Shown piece after piece: positions 9,701 through 17,261 of a stretch of 58,627 nucleotides of DNA. The DNA is from Candidatus Poseidoniales archaeon (GTDB lineage: Archaea > Thermoplasmatota > Poseidoniia > Poseidoniales > Poseidoniaceae): the NCBI GenBank assembly GCA_009887135.1, contig QXYA01000112.1:1-58627 (forward strand). Direction: 5' to 3'. The notes beneath the pieces are model-generated. The model did no database searches. It was not told where the DNA came from and saw only the letters and a list, made by a program, of their open reading frames with translations. The translations under genes were made by a program, and so were the position numbers. How positions within the stretch are numbered: position 1 is the first letter of the stretch; each line of letters begins with the position of its first letter.

Positions 9701-11059
9701 CTGCATGATATTGCTGCAGCAACTTTCCTGGATTTCAGCTCAACCTATGGTGAAAATCTTACCTTAGATGCTACAATGGCAGCTATTGAGCCCACCGATG
9801 TTCAACCAATCTTAGGTAACTCAGTACAATCGAACATGAGCACTGGAATTAGCGCTCTTCTTTCAGGCCCAACAGATATCGACAAGGATTCGAATGATGC
9901 GATAGATCTCAATATCACTCTAACGGCAAACGATGCTGATGACATTGAACAACAGGCTTCCTTGGAAGGAACATCAATTGCATGGACTGCATACAATGAA
10001 TCAGACGTCGCAATCAACAGCGGAATTGAAACAATATCCCTAGGGAAAATTCGTGTTGTTTCAGAATTTGAAAACACCACATATATTCAATTCGATGTCA
10101 TGACAAACGACCGAAATTGGTTTGGAACATTATCGCATACAACGTTACTAAATGGGTATGAAGATGACTCAACAGATAACGAAACAGACACGAATACAAC
10201 TGAGCCTGAATGGGAGCCAACCGTTCTTTTACCTGCAACGGTTAGTTGTGAAAGCTCAACAATTCTTACCAACAAGAAGATGGATAGCGATCCGATTGAA
10301 TGCCAAATAGTCAATCCAAATCCATTTGGTATTTCAGTAGAATTAACTGCTACAGATGTACCTGCATTGTTTAACAAACCGTCAACAGTCATGATTGTTG
10401 CGAATGGTTCTGCAACAATTTCATTTGAACCAACATACGATCAGATATGGAATGGGCAAAAGGATGAAGATGTAGTGAAAACACTCACCTTTTCAATCTA
10501 TACAACCTCTCCTGATTACACTTCACTTCAGCCTGAAATGACTTCTAGCACTGTAGAATGGACTGCATCACAGGATGTTCCAGAAGACACATCAAAGACA
10601 GATGGCGATAACAAAGAGTCGTCAAATACCCTGCTTTACGGGGGAATTGGCGTCGCAGTTCTCGCTCTAATATCTCTTGTAGTCGTTGGATACCGTCGAG
10701 CAAGCACAGGATTCGAGGATGACGAATTCTATGGAAGCGATGATGAATTCCCGATTGAAAAGAGCGAACCTGCTCCAGAGATTCCTGAAGGCCGTCCTTT
10801 GGACGAATTTGAGGACAAAACCATCAGCGCTGAACCCGAAATCATCGAACGTCCTGGCGATTCGTTAATCTCTGAACTGTCTGGTGTAGATTCAAATGAA
10901 TCCATTACGGAACCTGAGGAGCCACAGGTGGAAGAATCCGTTGAAGAAGATGACGGAATCTCAGTCGATGAATACGGAACTGAATGGTGGGAAGACGAGA
11001 ACGGAACGTGGTGGTACCGCGAAGAAGGCGCTGAAGATTGGTCTGAGTTCACAGAATGA
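6767..11059 (+). CDS. Very large single-pass surface protein with an FG-GAP/VCBS-type propeller, FN3-like modules, a C-terminal TM and an acidic cytoplasmic tail
   Basis: The N-terminus is hydrophobic (LFLVSILLASVLFISPS). Repeated Ca-loop motifs are present (GDSNGDSMADAF, DMNNDSFDDVI, DLNGDNFSDFI, DVDGDGDIDFI, DHDNDGNPSFF, DVDADGLMEQF). An FN3-like segment reads LTENHVTIEWQQLS. N-x-S/T sequons are very frequent. The TM helix is LLYGGIGVAVLALISLVVVGY (10631..10693), and the tail ends EWWEDENGTWWYREEGAEDWSEFTE. Confidence 0.8.
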   Translation: MDETQSRRKSLFLVSILLASVLFISPSTGSATQVTTFANNTSSLSISSDGNNTSLSLEIDLERNVTYQDASFIVDSSHASATPGAVYINNTQGNTIWSYSGLGYGDLSHQNSFQTGDTYDLVQLNNSSGMPTPILLPKNASLQTSQMNVTYTPNIEAQFVQVGSIQQMEMGDSNGDSMADAFVMSTQNYSTGVGTGFAVVTSNATTMTYSLSNWTTTCQTSQSLRVADMNNDSFDDVITFEQFNETMCIHYYNSTTSTYDPYFNVNITTTPIDVQLSDLNGDNFSDFISVHGYFDNGLVAVNSFNATTKGSKLADTADIRKWNYGDGRAEMRSLHVGEFFAPNRNQTIILVSDDENDATELTYDAVTKTLNPNINKFRNLSEFSIPGDVDGDGDIDFITPKTMGSNILLNDGQTWTQVQTNDQINTDNATIADHDNDGNPSFFLPDPGFGDNNPATLDGDIGFRSISAAGVGVPTLTPLTPWSQPRDIHFADVDADGLMEQFVLAGETSQGIFIGAWHNLSMDVDVDSNIDLWAEGYSSSTISNIGVLTLSDTNDIIRDSLSPRIPAYPGLSDGYGVEMVNNMMSLSSNSNGTANLTDLDIAYDITFQVTSSAGTIGSLSNSLNQQMLPGTGAFTVTLPVETSKEGSFDVTSFSANYTLGAPNLALPPTPALSIQSLTENHVTIEWQQLSTYGSDLQSFQIFKMSSSTAYDWTTPHDIVTGSNNYTDTQVDIGSTYGYVVRSTHTYGVISNLSQSLTVTIPYPAAPENATNVQLMDLDISVETTPLRASWDLSADSFVEEYLVYVSNMSLDSSTETSIEFTSEKNFKLGDRTYSPVATLANSITSYDISVMSDYTDSSGSVSGKAIEDTSQYWVAIAAVDIYDNVSLPLPFAGPTVSFNNTYLQSNLDITVTTGNPDQYLVSTQPLKIEISATVEDGTGFSPLGNAQITLVITAGNEESTLSGTTDVSGIWTPVDVTSLHDIAAATFLDFSSTYGENLTLDATMAAIEPTDVQPILGNSVQSNMSTGISALLSGPTDIDKDSNDAIDLNITLTANDADDIEQQASLEGTSIAWTAYNESDVAINSGIETISLGKIRVVSEFENTTYIQFDVMTNDRNWFGTLSHTTLLNGYEDDSTDNETDTNTTEPEWEPTVLLPATVSCESSTILTNKKMDSDPIECQIVNPNPFGISVELTATDVPALFNKPSTVMIVANGSATISFEPTYDQIWNGQKDEDVVKTLTFSIYTTSPDYTSLQPEMTSSTVEWTASQDVPEDTSKTDGDNKESSNTLLYGGIGVAVLALISLVVVGYRRASTGFEDDEFYGSDDEFPIEKSEPAPEIPEGRPLDEFEDKTISAEPEIIERPGDSLISELSGVDSNESITEPEEPQVEESVEEDDGISVDEYGTEWWEDENGTWWYREEGAEDWSEFTE

Positions 11060-11110
11060 CAAGCGTGATATTTTTCTAACACGAGTCAACCAGAGAAATG
11101 AGGGGGAGCC

Positions 11111-11863
11111 ATGAGTCAGCAGTTTGGAACGTATGATCTCGTGCTTCGCTCTGGGGTTGATCCAACCACCGGAGGCGTTGCAGTGTGTGGTTTTACCACT
11201 GCTGGAATGGTTGGAGTTATTGCAACTTCCCACATTATTGAGTCCCTTGGATTGACCCAGCTAGGTACTGTAATGGATGAACGGTTCCCTGCAGTAGCTC
11301 TCATACAAAATGAAGTTCCCCGACACCCAGTTCGAGTCTATCAAGGAAATGGAATTGGTGTCTTCACTGCTGAAATTCAATTCGAGAAAGAGCAAGATAT
11401 TGCCTTTGGTTCAACTGTTTTAGAATGGTTTACTGCTGGGGGATTTGAACAACTTATCATAATCGATGGAATCCTTAAGCCTGAAAAGGAAGTACAAGGT
11501 GAAGGATTGTTCGCAGTAGGCGCATCTGAGAAGGCAAGAAAGCGATTGAAAGAGATGGATTTGAATACAATTCAACGAGGAATTGTCTCTGGAATTACTG
11601 GCTTTTTGTTAAGTGAAGGCGACCGACTCAATCTTGATATCACTGCCCTTCTCTCTGAAGCAAGCCCAATGTATCCCGATGTTCGCGCAGCAGCCGTGGC
11701 TATCGAAGCAATCACAGAAATGACAGGTGTTGAAATTCCACTTTCCAAGATGCTTGAAAATGCAAGAGAAATTGAGCATTCGGTTCAGGAAATTATTCAG
11801 AATTCAACACCGCTTCTGCCTTCTCCAGACGATGATGTTGAAAACGATCCTTCATTCGGTTGA
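11111..11863 (+). CDS. PAC2-family proteasome assembly chaperone (PbaA/B-like)
   Basis: GFTTAGMVGVIATSHIIESLGL...RVYQGNGIGVFTAEIQF...IIIDGI...GIVSGITGFLLSEG...DVRAAAVAIEAITEMTGVEI matches my memory of the COG1938/PAC2 pattern. An SD-like GAGGGGGAG precedes the ATG. Confidence 0.7.
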   Translation: MSQQFGTYDLVLRSGVDPTTGGVAVCGFTTAGMVGVIATSHIIESLGLTQLGTVMDERFPAVALIQNEVPRHPVRVYQGNGIGVFTAEIQFEKEQDIAFGSTVLEWFTAGGFEQLIIIDGILKPEKEVQGEGLFAVGASEKARKRLKEMDLNTIQRGIVSGITGFLLSEGDRLNLDITALLSEASPMYPDVRAAAVAIEAITEMTGVEIPLSKMLENAREIEHSVQEIIQNSTPLLPSPDDDVENDPSFG

Positions 11864-13240
11864 ATCCATTTTACGAACCATCTCTAGTACCACTTCGTAA
11901 GGGGCTTTTGTAGCGATATAGGGCCTTAGGTCCGGAACTCGACCAGTTTGATACCCTTCCTCATTTAATGCTGCAATAAGGTCGACCATTGATGGCATTG
12001 ATGCAGCTTTTGCCCAGGGGGCAATCTGGTCATAGGGTAGCAGGAGGTGTTCGGACGAAAGCAACGATGAAGCCTCTGAGATATAGCGAACAGATCGCCG
12101 TAATTCTCGTTCAGCATAGACTTGGTCAAGATCACTCCACTCAAGCCCAATATCGCTTCCAGATTTCAAATCCCCCTCTGTTGGTAAACAGCAATTGACA
12201 GCATGGTCTTCCGTCATCCGGCTTGTGATATCCTCATTCCATAAAGGCCCAATCCACATAGGTCCACTCGACCGTTCAAACTGTTCAGGTGTTGGATGTT
12301 TTACGAAGGTGTAAGGGACATCGTTTTGTCGAACTCTCCATCCCATCTGCTGCCGATTTTCATCAGCCCCCAATTTGCTCTTTCGAACGAGAACTGAGAC
12401 ACGTACATGATGGCCATCGAAGAGAGCAAGAATAGGCTCAATAGAGCGGTCTAGTCGTGCAGCACTGGTTGCTACAGTCCCGAGCAAGACTCGCACAGCA
12501 TCATCATGTGCGTAATGATCGACGATTCCATTATGCCCGTATCTTCTCATCCCTGAAGTCGAAGATGATCCAGTTAATGCTGCAGTATCTGTTGCAGTCA
12601 CCTCCAAAACACCAACGCGTCCAAGCCCCTGTAAGGCAGTATCAAGGAATTGTACAGGCGAACCAAATGGGTCGAGATCAATCCATTGGAATGAGCCCTG
12701 TATCATTGCCATTCGTGCATCATAACGCTGGAAATGAATTCCATCTTCAGTGATGTGTTCAATCGGCATTTGTTCGTCTTCAAGTTCAGGAAAAGTTCCA
12801 TTCACCCTGTTCTTTCGAACAGAAGAAAGGGCCCAATCGAGCGCTTTAGAATCAAGATCATTTGCAGTAATGTGGAGGCGCTCTTGTAGTTTAGGAGCGA
12901 TTTCATTCCTCCATCTACGTACTCGAATTCCAGTTGCACACAAGGCGTCAAGAGCCCGTATTGGCCGCTTATCAGCGAGCCAACCATGTTCAAGAGCGTC
13001 TTGTAATAAGAGCACAGAACGTGTTCGAGCAGGCGCCATTGCAGGATTTACGAAACCAGTTCTCGACCTTGCCACCGGCCCTCTTGGCATATGAGAAGGA
13101 CGTTCTTGATCGGATTGAAGATGAACAACAGTCCGGCCTTCAAGCCAGAGATGTCCAGGCCAACCAGCAGGGTCATCTGCTCCGCTGAACGTATCGGCCA
13201 TGGTCGATGGAACCGATTCTTCTTCTTGACCGCACCGCAT
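11852..13240 (-). CDS. trm1: tRNA (guanine26-N2)-dimethyltransferase Trm1
   Basis: FVNPAMAPARTRSV, LDALCATGIRVRRW and IDLDPFGSPVQFLDTAL are Trm1 signatures. The ATG at 13240 shares one nucleotide with the purM stop (TGATG). An internal Met (MADTF) is an alternative start. Confidence 0.9.
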   Translation of the reverse strand: MRCGQEEESVPSTMADTFSGADDPAGWPGHLWLEGRTVVHLQSDQERPSHMPRGPVARSRTGFVNPAMAPARTRSVLLLQDALEHGWLADKRPIRALDALCATGIRVRRWRNEIAPKLQERLHITANDLDSKALDWALSSVRKNRVNGTFPELEDEQMPIEHITEDGIHFQRYDARMAMIQGSFQWIDLDPFGSPVQFLDTALQGLGRVGVLEVTATDTAALTGSSSTSGMRRYGHNGIVDHYAHDDAVRVLLGTVATSAARLDRSIEPILALFDGHHVRVSVLVRKSKLGADENRQQMGWRVRQNDVPYTFVKHPTPEQFERSSGPMWIGPLWNEDITSRMTEDHAVNCCLPTEGDLKSGSDIGLEWSDLDQVYAERELRRSVRYISEASSLLSSEHLLLPYDQIAPWAKAASMPSMVDLIAALNEEGYQTGRVPDLRPYIATKAPYEVVLEMVRKMDSTE

Positions 13241-14349
13241 CAATAGTGCTGAAACACAACGTGGGAATTCACGTGTGTAACCTTGTGCCCGTCATCGTGT
13301 ACATGGCCAATGATTTGAGCACCAGAGTTCTTTGCTGCTAAGAATTCGAGAATGGTTTCACTTGCACCTTTTGATACTGCAAGTACCATTCCCAATCCCA
13401 TGTTGAATGTGCGGTGCATTTCCAAATCTGTAACGTTCCCATTTTGTTGAAGCCATACAAATTCTGGAGGAATCGGCATAGGGCTATCGATATGCCATCC
13501 AAGTGAATCATGTAATCTGAGAAGATTGGATAACCCTCCTCCAGTGATATGCGCAATTCCGTGGACATCATGTACCGTTCCACTCTCTGCTTTGAGATGA
13601 TGAAGTAAGTTGACGACAGGATCGCAATAGATTCGGGTTGGTGTCAGCAGTACTTCTGCAAAAGTAGGATTTCCTTCAGTCCATCGAGCGATTTCTCTTC
13701 CATCAAAGCTTGAGTCAAATGGACAAGCATCCTCGTATCCAAGACCACTGTGCTTGATGATGTTTCGAACAAGAGAAAATCCGTTTGAATGAATTCCAGA
13801 TGATGGAAGTCCAATGAGGACATCTCCCACCTGAAGCGTCTCGCCAGTTATCGCATCATCTTTGGCTAGATAGCCAAGAGCGGTACCTGAGAGGTCAAGT
13901 TCTGTAACGATTCCAGGAAGAGATGCAGTTTCTCCTCCAGCCAATGTTACATTTGCTAATTCACAGGCTTTTGCGAGAGATGCTCCAACTGCTGCATGAA
14001 CTTCAGGGTCAGGTTTTGGGACTGCAATGTAATCAACAAAGGCAATTGGTTCAGCACCAACACAGAGTAAATCGTTGACATTCATTGCCATACAATCGAT
14101 GCCGACACTTTCCCATTGATTGACTGCTGTAGCGATTTGCAATTTGCTTCCGACTCCATCAGTAGCCATAGCAAGAAGATGGTCTCCAAATTCAATAAGT
14201 CCTCCAAAGCCACCAGGCAAATCGACTGGTGCCCCCGGTGTACCAGGCTTTCTAGTGGAACGTTGTAAAGAACCAATCAGTGAAGCGACAGCGGCCCCTT
14301 CAAGATCAATATCAACGCCGCTTGAAGCATAATCCATTGAGTCGCTCAT
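13240..14349 (-). CDS. purM: Phosphoribosylformylglycinamidine cyclo-ligase (AIR synthase, PurM)
   Basis: MSDSMDYASSGVDIDLEGAAV..., GGFGGLIEF, LAMATDGVGSKL and GIHSNGFSLVR are PurM signatures. I moved the start to the ATG at 14349, because the ORF-track extension to 14598 overlaps the upstream gene. Confidence 0.9.
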   Translation of the reverse strand: MSDSMDYASSGVDIDLEGAAVASLIGSLQRSTRKPGTPGAPVDLPGGFGGLIEFGDHLLAMATDGVGSKLQIATAVNQWESVGIDCMAMNVNDLLCVGAEPIAFVDYIAVPKPDPEVHAAVGASLAKACELANVTLAGGETASLPGIVTELDLSGTALGYLAKDDAITGETLQVGDVLIGLPSSGIHSNGFSLVRNIIKHSGLGYEDACPFDSSFDGREIARWTEGNPTFAEVLLTPTRIYCDPVVNLLHHLKAESGTVHDVHGIAHITGGGLSNLLRLHDSLGWHIDSPMPIPPEFVWLQQNGNVTDLEMHRTFNMGLGMVLAVSKGASETILEFLAAKNSGAQIIGHVHDDGHKVTHVNSHVVFQHY

Positions 14350-14371
14350 ACCGTTGCCAGAGCAAGACGTT

Positions 14372-14884
14372 TCATGAATCAATCGTTTGTGAATACAAGG
14401 CATTAGCACCTTCGATAATCGAACTATGTGATTCAGAAAGGCGGTGCCCATCATCCACTTTGTGGAACTGTAGTATATCCTTCCCAGAACGTTCAGCGTA
14501 TTCAAGGCTGCAGGAAATAGGGACGATATCATCTCCAATACCGTGGACAATGACCGTTGGCATACCGTTTGGGGCGACAAGGATTGTCTCCGCATCAACA
14601 GGGTCCTCTTTTAGATGCAGAGCAGGGGCGCACAAAAGGAGTCCAGTAAATTGATGCGGCATTCTCATTGCAATAATCGCAGCAGTAAGGCCGCCATAGC
14701 TCGAGCCTGCCAAGATTGGCTTCTTGTTTGCGTGTTGTTCACATATCTTTTCCAGAAGTGCAACTCTTTCACTCAAAACCATTCCTTGAAAATCTGGGGC
14801 AAGAACTTCGAATCCTGATGCTCTCAAAGCCTGAATTTTACTTCCGTTAGGCGTACCCTCAAGTCCATGAGCAAATATAATCAT
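14372..14884 (-). CDS. Small alpha/beta-hydrolase (esterase-like)
   Basis: MIIFAHGLEGTP begins the protein. The nucleophile elbow is GSSYGG (GxSxG), followed by VHGIGDDIVP (Asp) and DDGHRL (His). Confidence 0.7.
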   Translation of the reverse strand: MIIFAHGLEGTPNGSKIQALRASGFEVLAPDFQGMVLSERVALLEKICEQHANKKPILAGSSYGGLTAAIIAMRMPHQFTGLLLCAPALHLKEDPVDAETILVAPNGMPTVIVHGIGDDIVPISCSLEYAERSGKDILQFHKVDDGHRLSESHSSIIEGANALYSQTIDS

Positions 14885-14967
14885 GAATCATCTCATGGGT
14901 TCTGTTCTTATCAATTTATTGAGTAAATAATACGCTAATATGGTGTAAAAAATATTCTTTGGAGAAG

Positions 14968-15042
14968 TTCCACTGGCGTTAAATAAAGCGGCTAAAAAGC
15001 GGATGACATCTCTATTATTCTCCAGTGGAAACAGGGGGGTGG
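14968..15042. promoter_or_regulatory. Inverted pair of Orc1/Cdc6 origin-recognition-box-like elements (mini-ORB at 14968..14976; full ORB with G-string at 15021..15039)
   Basis: TCCAGTGGAAAC is followed one nucleotide later by GGGGGG on the plus strand. The same core CCAGTGGAA occurs inverted 45 nt to the left. The spacer and the stretch 14885..14960 are A/T-rich. The element sits at a divergent strand switch directly upstream of mcm. Confidence 0.55.
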
Positions 15043-15108
15043 ATTTGATTGAGCGCGCTTTCTATAAACTGTAGCCCATTATCTATAACTCCACGCAGTG
15101 TGAATACT

Positions 15109-17223
15109 ATGATTCAGGATTTCGATTTAACAGCTCGCTGGTCCACTCTCCTCCACGCCCATTTCACTGAAGCCGTTCACAATATCGCACAGCTTTGGCC
15201 CGATGTCCAAAGTCTCGAAGTCTCTTACCAAATCATCGAAGGGTTCGATCATGATTTCGCACAGAGTATACTGAGCCAACCTGAACTTCATTACGATGCT
15301 TCAAACAGAGCCCTGAGAGAACTTCTTGCAGATGTTGGGCACGGAGCAATCCACCCATGGGTTCGAATTGTTCATCTTCCAAGTGACCAAGTACGAACTG
15401 TTTCACAACTTCGTTCAGATGACATTGGGGCCATGTTAGCCATTGATGCAGTCATAACAAAAATTTCAGGAGTACGTCCGAGAATGTACTCTGCGACATT
15501 CAAGTGTGTCGCCTGTGAACATTTGATTACAATCAACCAACCGAATGAACAGGAACTCATTCAACCGATGGAGTGCACTCAAATCGATGGCGGTTGTGGC
15601 ATGAACAGCAGGCAAACACGATTCGAATTACTCCATGACCGATCTGTGCTTATCAACTCCCAATTTATCGAACTGCAGGAACTTCCCGAACAAGTCCGAG
15701 GTGGCATTCAGCCAGAACGACTTGCTTGTATTGCCGAACATGATTTGACCGGAAAAGTAAACCCTGGAGATCGAGTAAAAGCAAACGGAGTGTTGTTCAT
15801 ACGTTCTCAAAGAAAGCATGGAAAAGATACGCCAGTCTTCGATATCTTCCTTAGAATGCAATCGCTTGAACGCCAGAACCTTGCGTTAGAAGAGATCGTT
15901 GTTTCGGATGAAGAGGAAGCTGAAATTCGAGAACTTGCCAGTTCACCTGACATTTATGATCGCTTGTCGAGTTCTATCGCGCCATCAATTTTTGGTATGG
16001 AGAAAATCAAAGAAACGCTGATGCTGCAACTGTTTGGAGGAGTAGCACGCCTCAACCCGGACGGAACGAGGAATCGTGGTGACATTCACATCTTGTTGAT
16101 GGGAGATCCCGGGGTTGCAAAATCTCAACTCTTGGCGTACATGGGTAAGATTTCTCCTCGTGGTAGGTTTACTTCTGGAATGTCTGCTTCAGCTGCTGGA
16201 CTTACAGCAGCAGCGGTTCAAGATTCGAATGCAGATGGCCGTTGGACACTTGAGGCTGGGGCACTTGTTCTCGCAGATCAAGGACTTGCTGCTATTGACG
16301 AATTCGACAAAATGAACCAATCGGACCGTTCAAGCATGCACGAAGCGATGGAACAACAACGGATCTCAATTTCAAAGGCAGGAATCAATGCCAGTCTGAG
16401 AACTCGATGTGCAGTTCTTGCAGCAGCAAACCCGAAAGCAGGTCGATTCCAACCCGTTTCTGAAGTCCCATTTACGGGCCAGATAAACCTTGATCCCCCT
16501 CTCATTTCACGTTTCGATGTTATCTGGCTATTGACCGATGAACCATCCGAAGACAAAGATGCAAAGATTGCGGGGCACATCGTAAACAATCGATTTTCGG
16601 GAACAAGTGAATTACTTGTCAATGAAGGATCAGCTCCAGATCCAACGAAACAGAGTTCTGTTGTAACAACCCCATCGCACACAGAAGGCCATCTTCACCG
16701 AGAATTTATGCGCAAATACATCGCATTTTCAAAGCGTTCAATTCATCCAAATCTCGATGAAGAAGCCAGGAAGTACATCATCGATTACTATGTTGGAGAA
16801 CGGAAAAAGGCTGGGGATTTCCAAGACACTGTGGCAATCACAGCACGTTCTCTCGAGGCTCTCGCAAGACTAACAGAAGCGAGTGCAAGAATTCGTCTTG
16901 CAGAAACAGCAAGTCTTCAAGATGCCGAACGAGCGGTTCGTTTAACCAAAACATGGCGGTACGATTTGATGGGTGAAAACTTCGATGAAACAGCGGTGCA
17001 GTCCAATAAAAAGGGTACTGCCCGACATGCTGAACGAACCATTCTAGACATTATAGCGCGCTTCCAACAAAATGGGGGAGGGGTTGCCCAACTTTTGGAC
17101 GTCATCAACGAAGCTGAGCGTGAAAATATACCTCGCTCCAAGGCAGAAGAAGTCATTGAGAAACTCAATCAAACAGGTCGTTTGATGAGGCCAAATGGAT
17201 ATGATACCCTTCAAATTGTTTGA
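15109..17223 (+). CDS. mcm: MCM replicative helicase
   Basis: The zinc motif is CVACEHL...C...GGCG. Walker A is GDPGVAKSQLL, Walker B is IDEFDKM, and the Arg finger is SRFDVIW. The C-terminus is a winged helix. The ORF track starts at TTG 15049, which is also preceded by an SD-like G-run, but I prefer ATG 15109 (MIQDFDLTARW). Confidence 0.95.
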   Translation: MIQDFDLTARWSTLLHAHFTEAVHNIAQLWPDVQSLEVSYQIIEGFDHDFAQSILSQPELHYDASNRALRELLADVGHGAIHPWVRIVHLPSDQVRTVSQLRSDDIGAMLAIDAVITKISGVRPRMYSATFKCVACEHLITINQPNEQELIQPMECTQIDGGCGMNSRQTRFELLHDRSVLINSQFIELQELPEQVRGGIQPERLACIAEHDLTGKVNPGDRVKANGVLFIRSQRKHGKDTPVFDIFLRMQSLERQNLALEEIVVSDEEEAEIRELASSPDIYDRLSSSIAPSIFGMEKIKETLMLQLFGGVARLNPDGTRNRGDIHILLMGDPGVAKSQLLAYMGKISPRGRFTSGMSASAAGLTAAAVQDSNADGRWTLEAGALVLADQGLAAIDEFDKMNQSDRSSMHEAMEQQRISISKAGINASLRTRCAVLAAANPKAGRFQPVSEVPFTGQINLDPPLISRFDVIWLLTDEPSEDKDAKIAGHIVNNRFSGTSELLVNEGSAPDPTKQSSVVTTPSHTEGHLHREFMRKYIAFSKRSIHPNLDEEARKYIIDYYVGERKKAGDFQDTVAITARSLEALARLTEASARIRLAETASLQDAERAVRLTKTWRYDLMGENFDETAVQSNKKGTARHAERTILDIIARFQQNGGGVAQLLDVINEAERENIPRSKAEEVIEKLNQTGRLMRPNGYDTLQIV

Positions 17224-17261
17224 ATCTTAAGCGTTCACCTCATGAAGTGGATACACGTGGG

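Noticed and set aside
14350-14598. An 83-aa N-terminal extension of the purM ORF. Similar upstream extensions occur on the ORFs at 4899, 6632, 21515, 37561, 37590, 38552 and 43330.
   Set aside because: The extensions have no family similarity, overlap neighbouring genes or promoters, and are followed by an in-frame ATG where homology or a signal peptide begins. That ATG often has an SD-like GGAGG/GGTGA upstream.
15049-15108. TTG start at 15049 for MCM, with the G-run at 15034..15042 acting as its Shine-Dalgarno sequence.
   Set aside because: This is possible, but the 20 extra residues (MSALSINCSPLSITPRSVNT) look non-homologous, and MCM similarity starts at the ATG at 15109. I keep it as a caveat to the ORB interpretation rather than as the preferred model.
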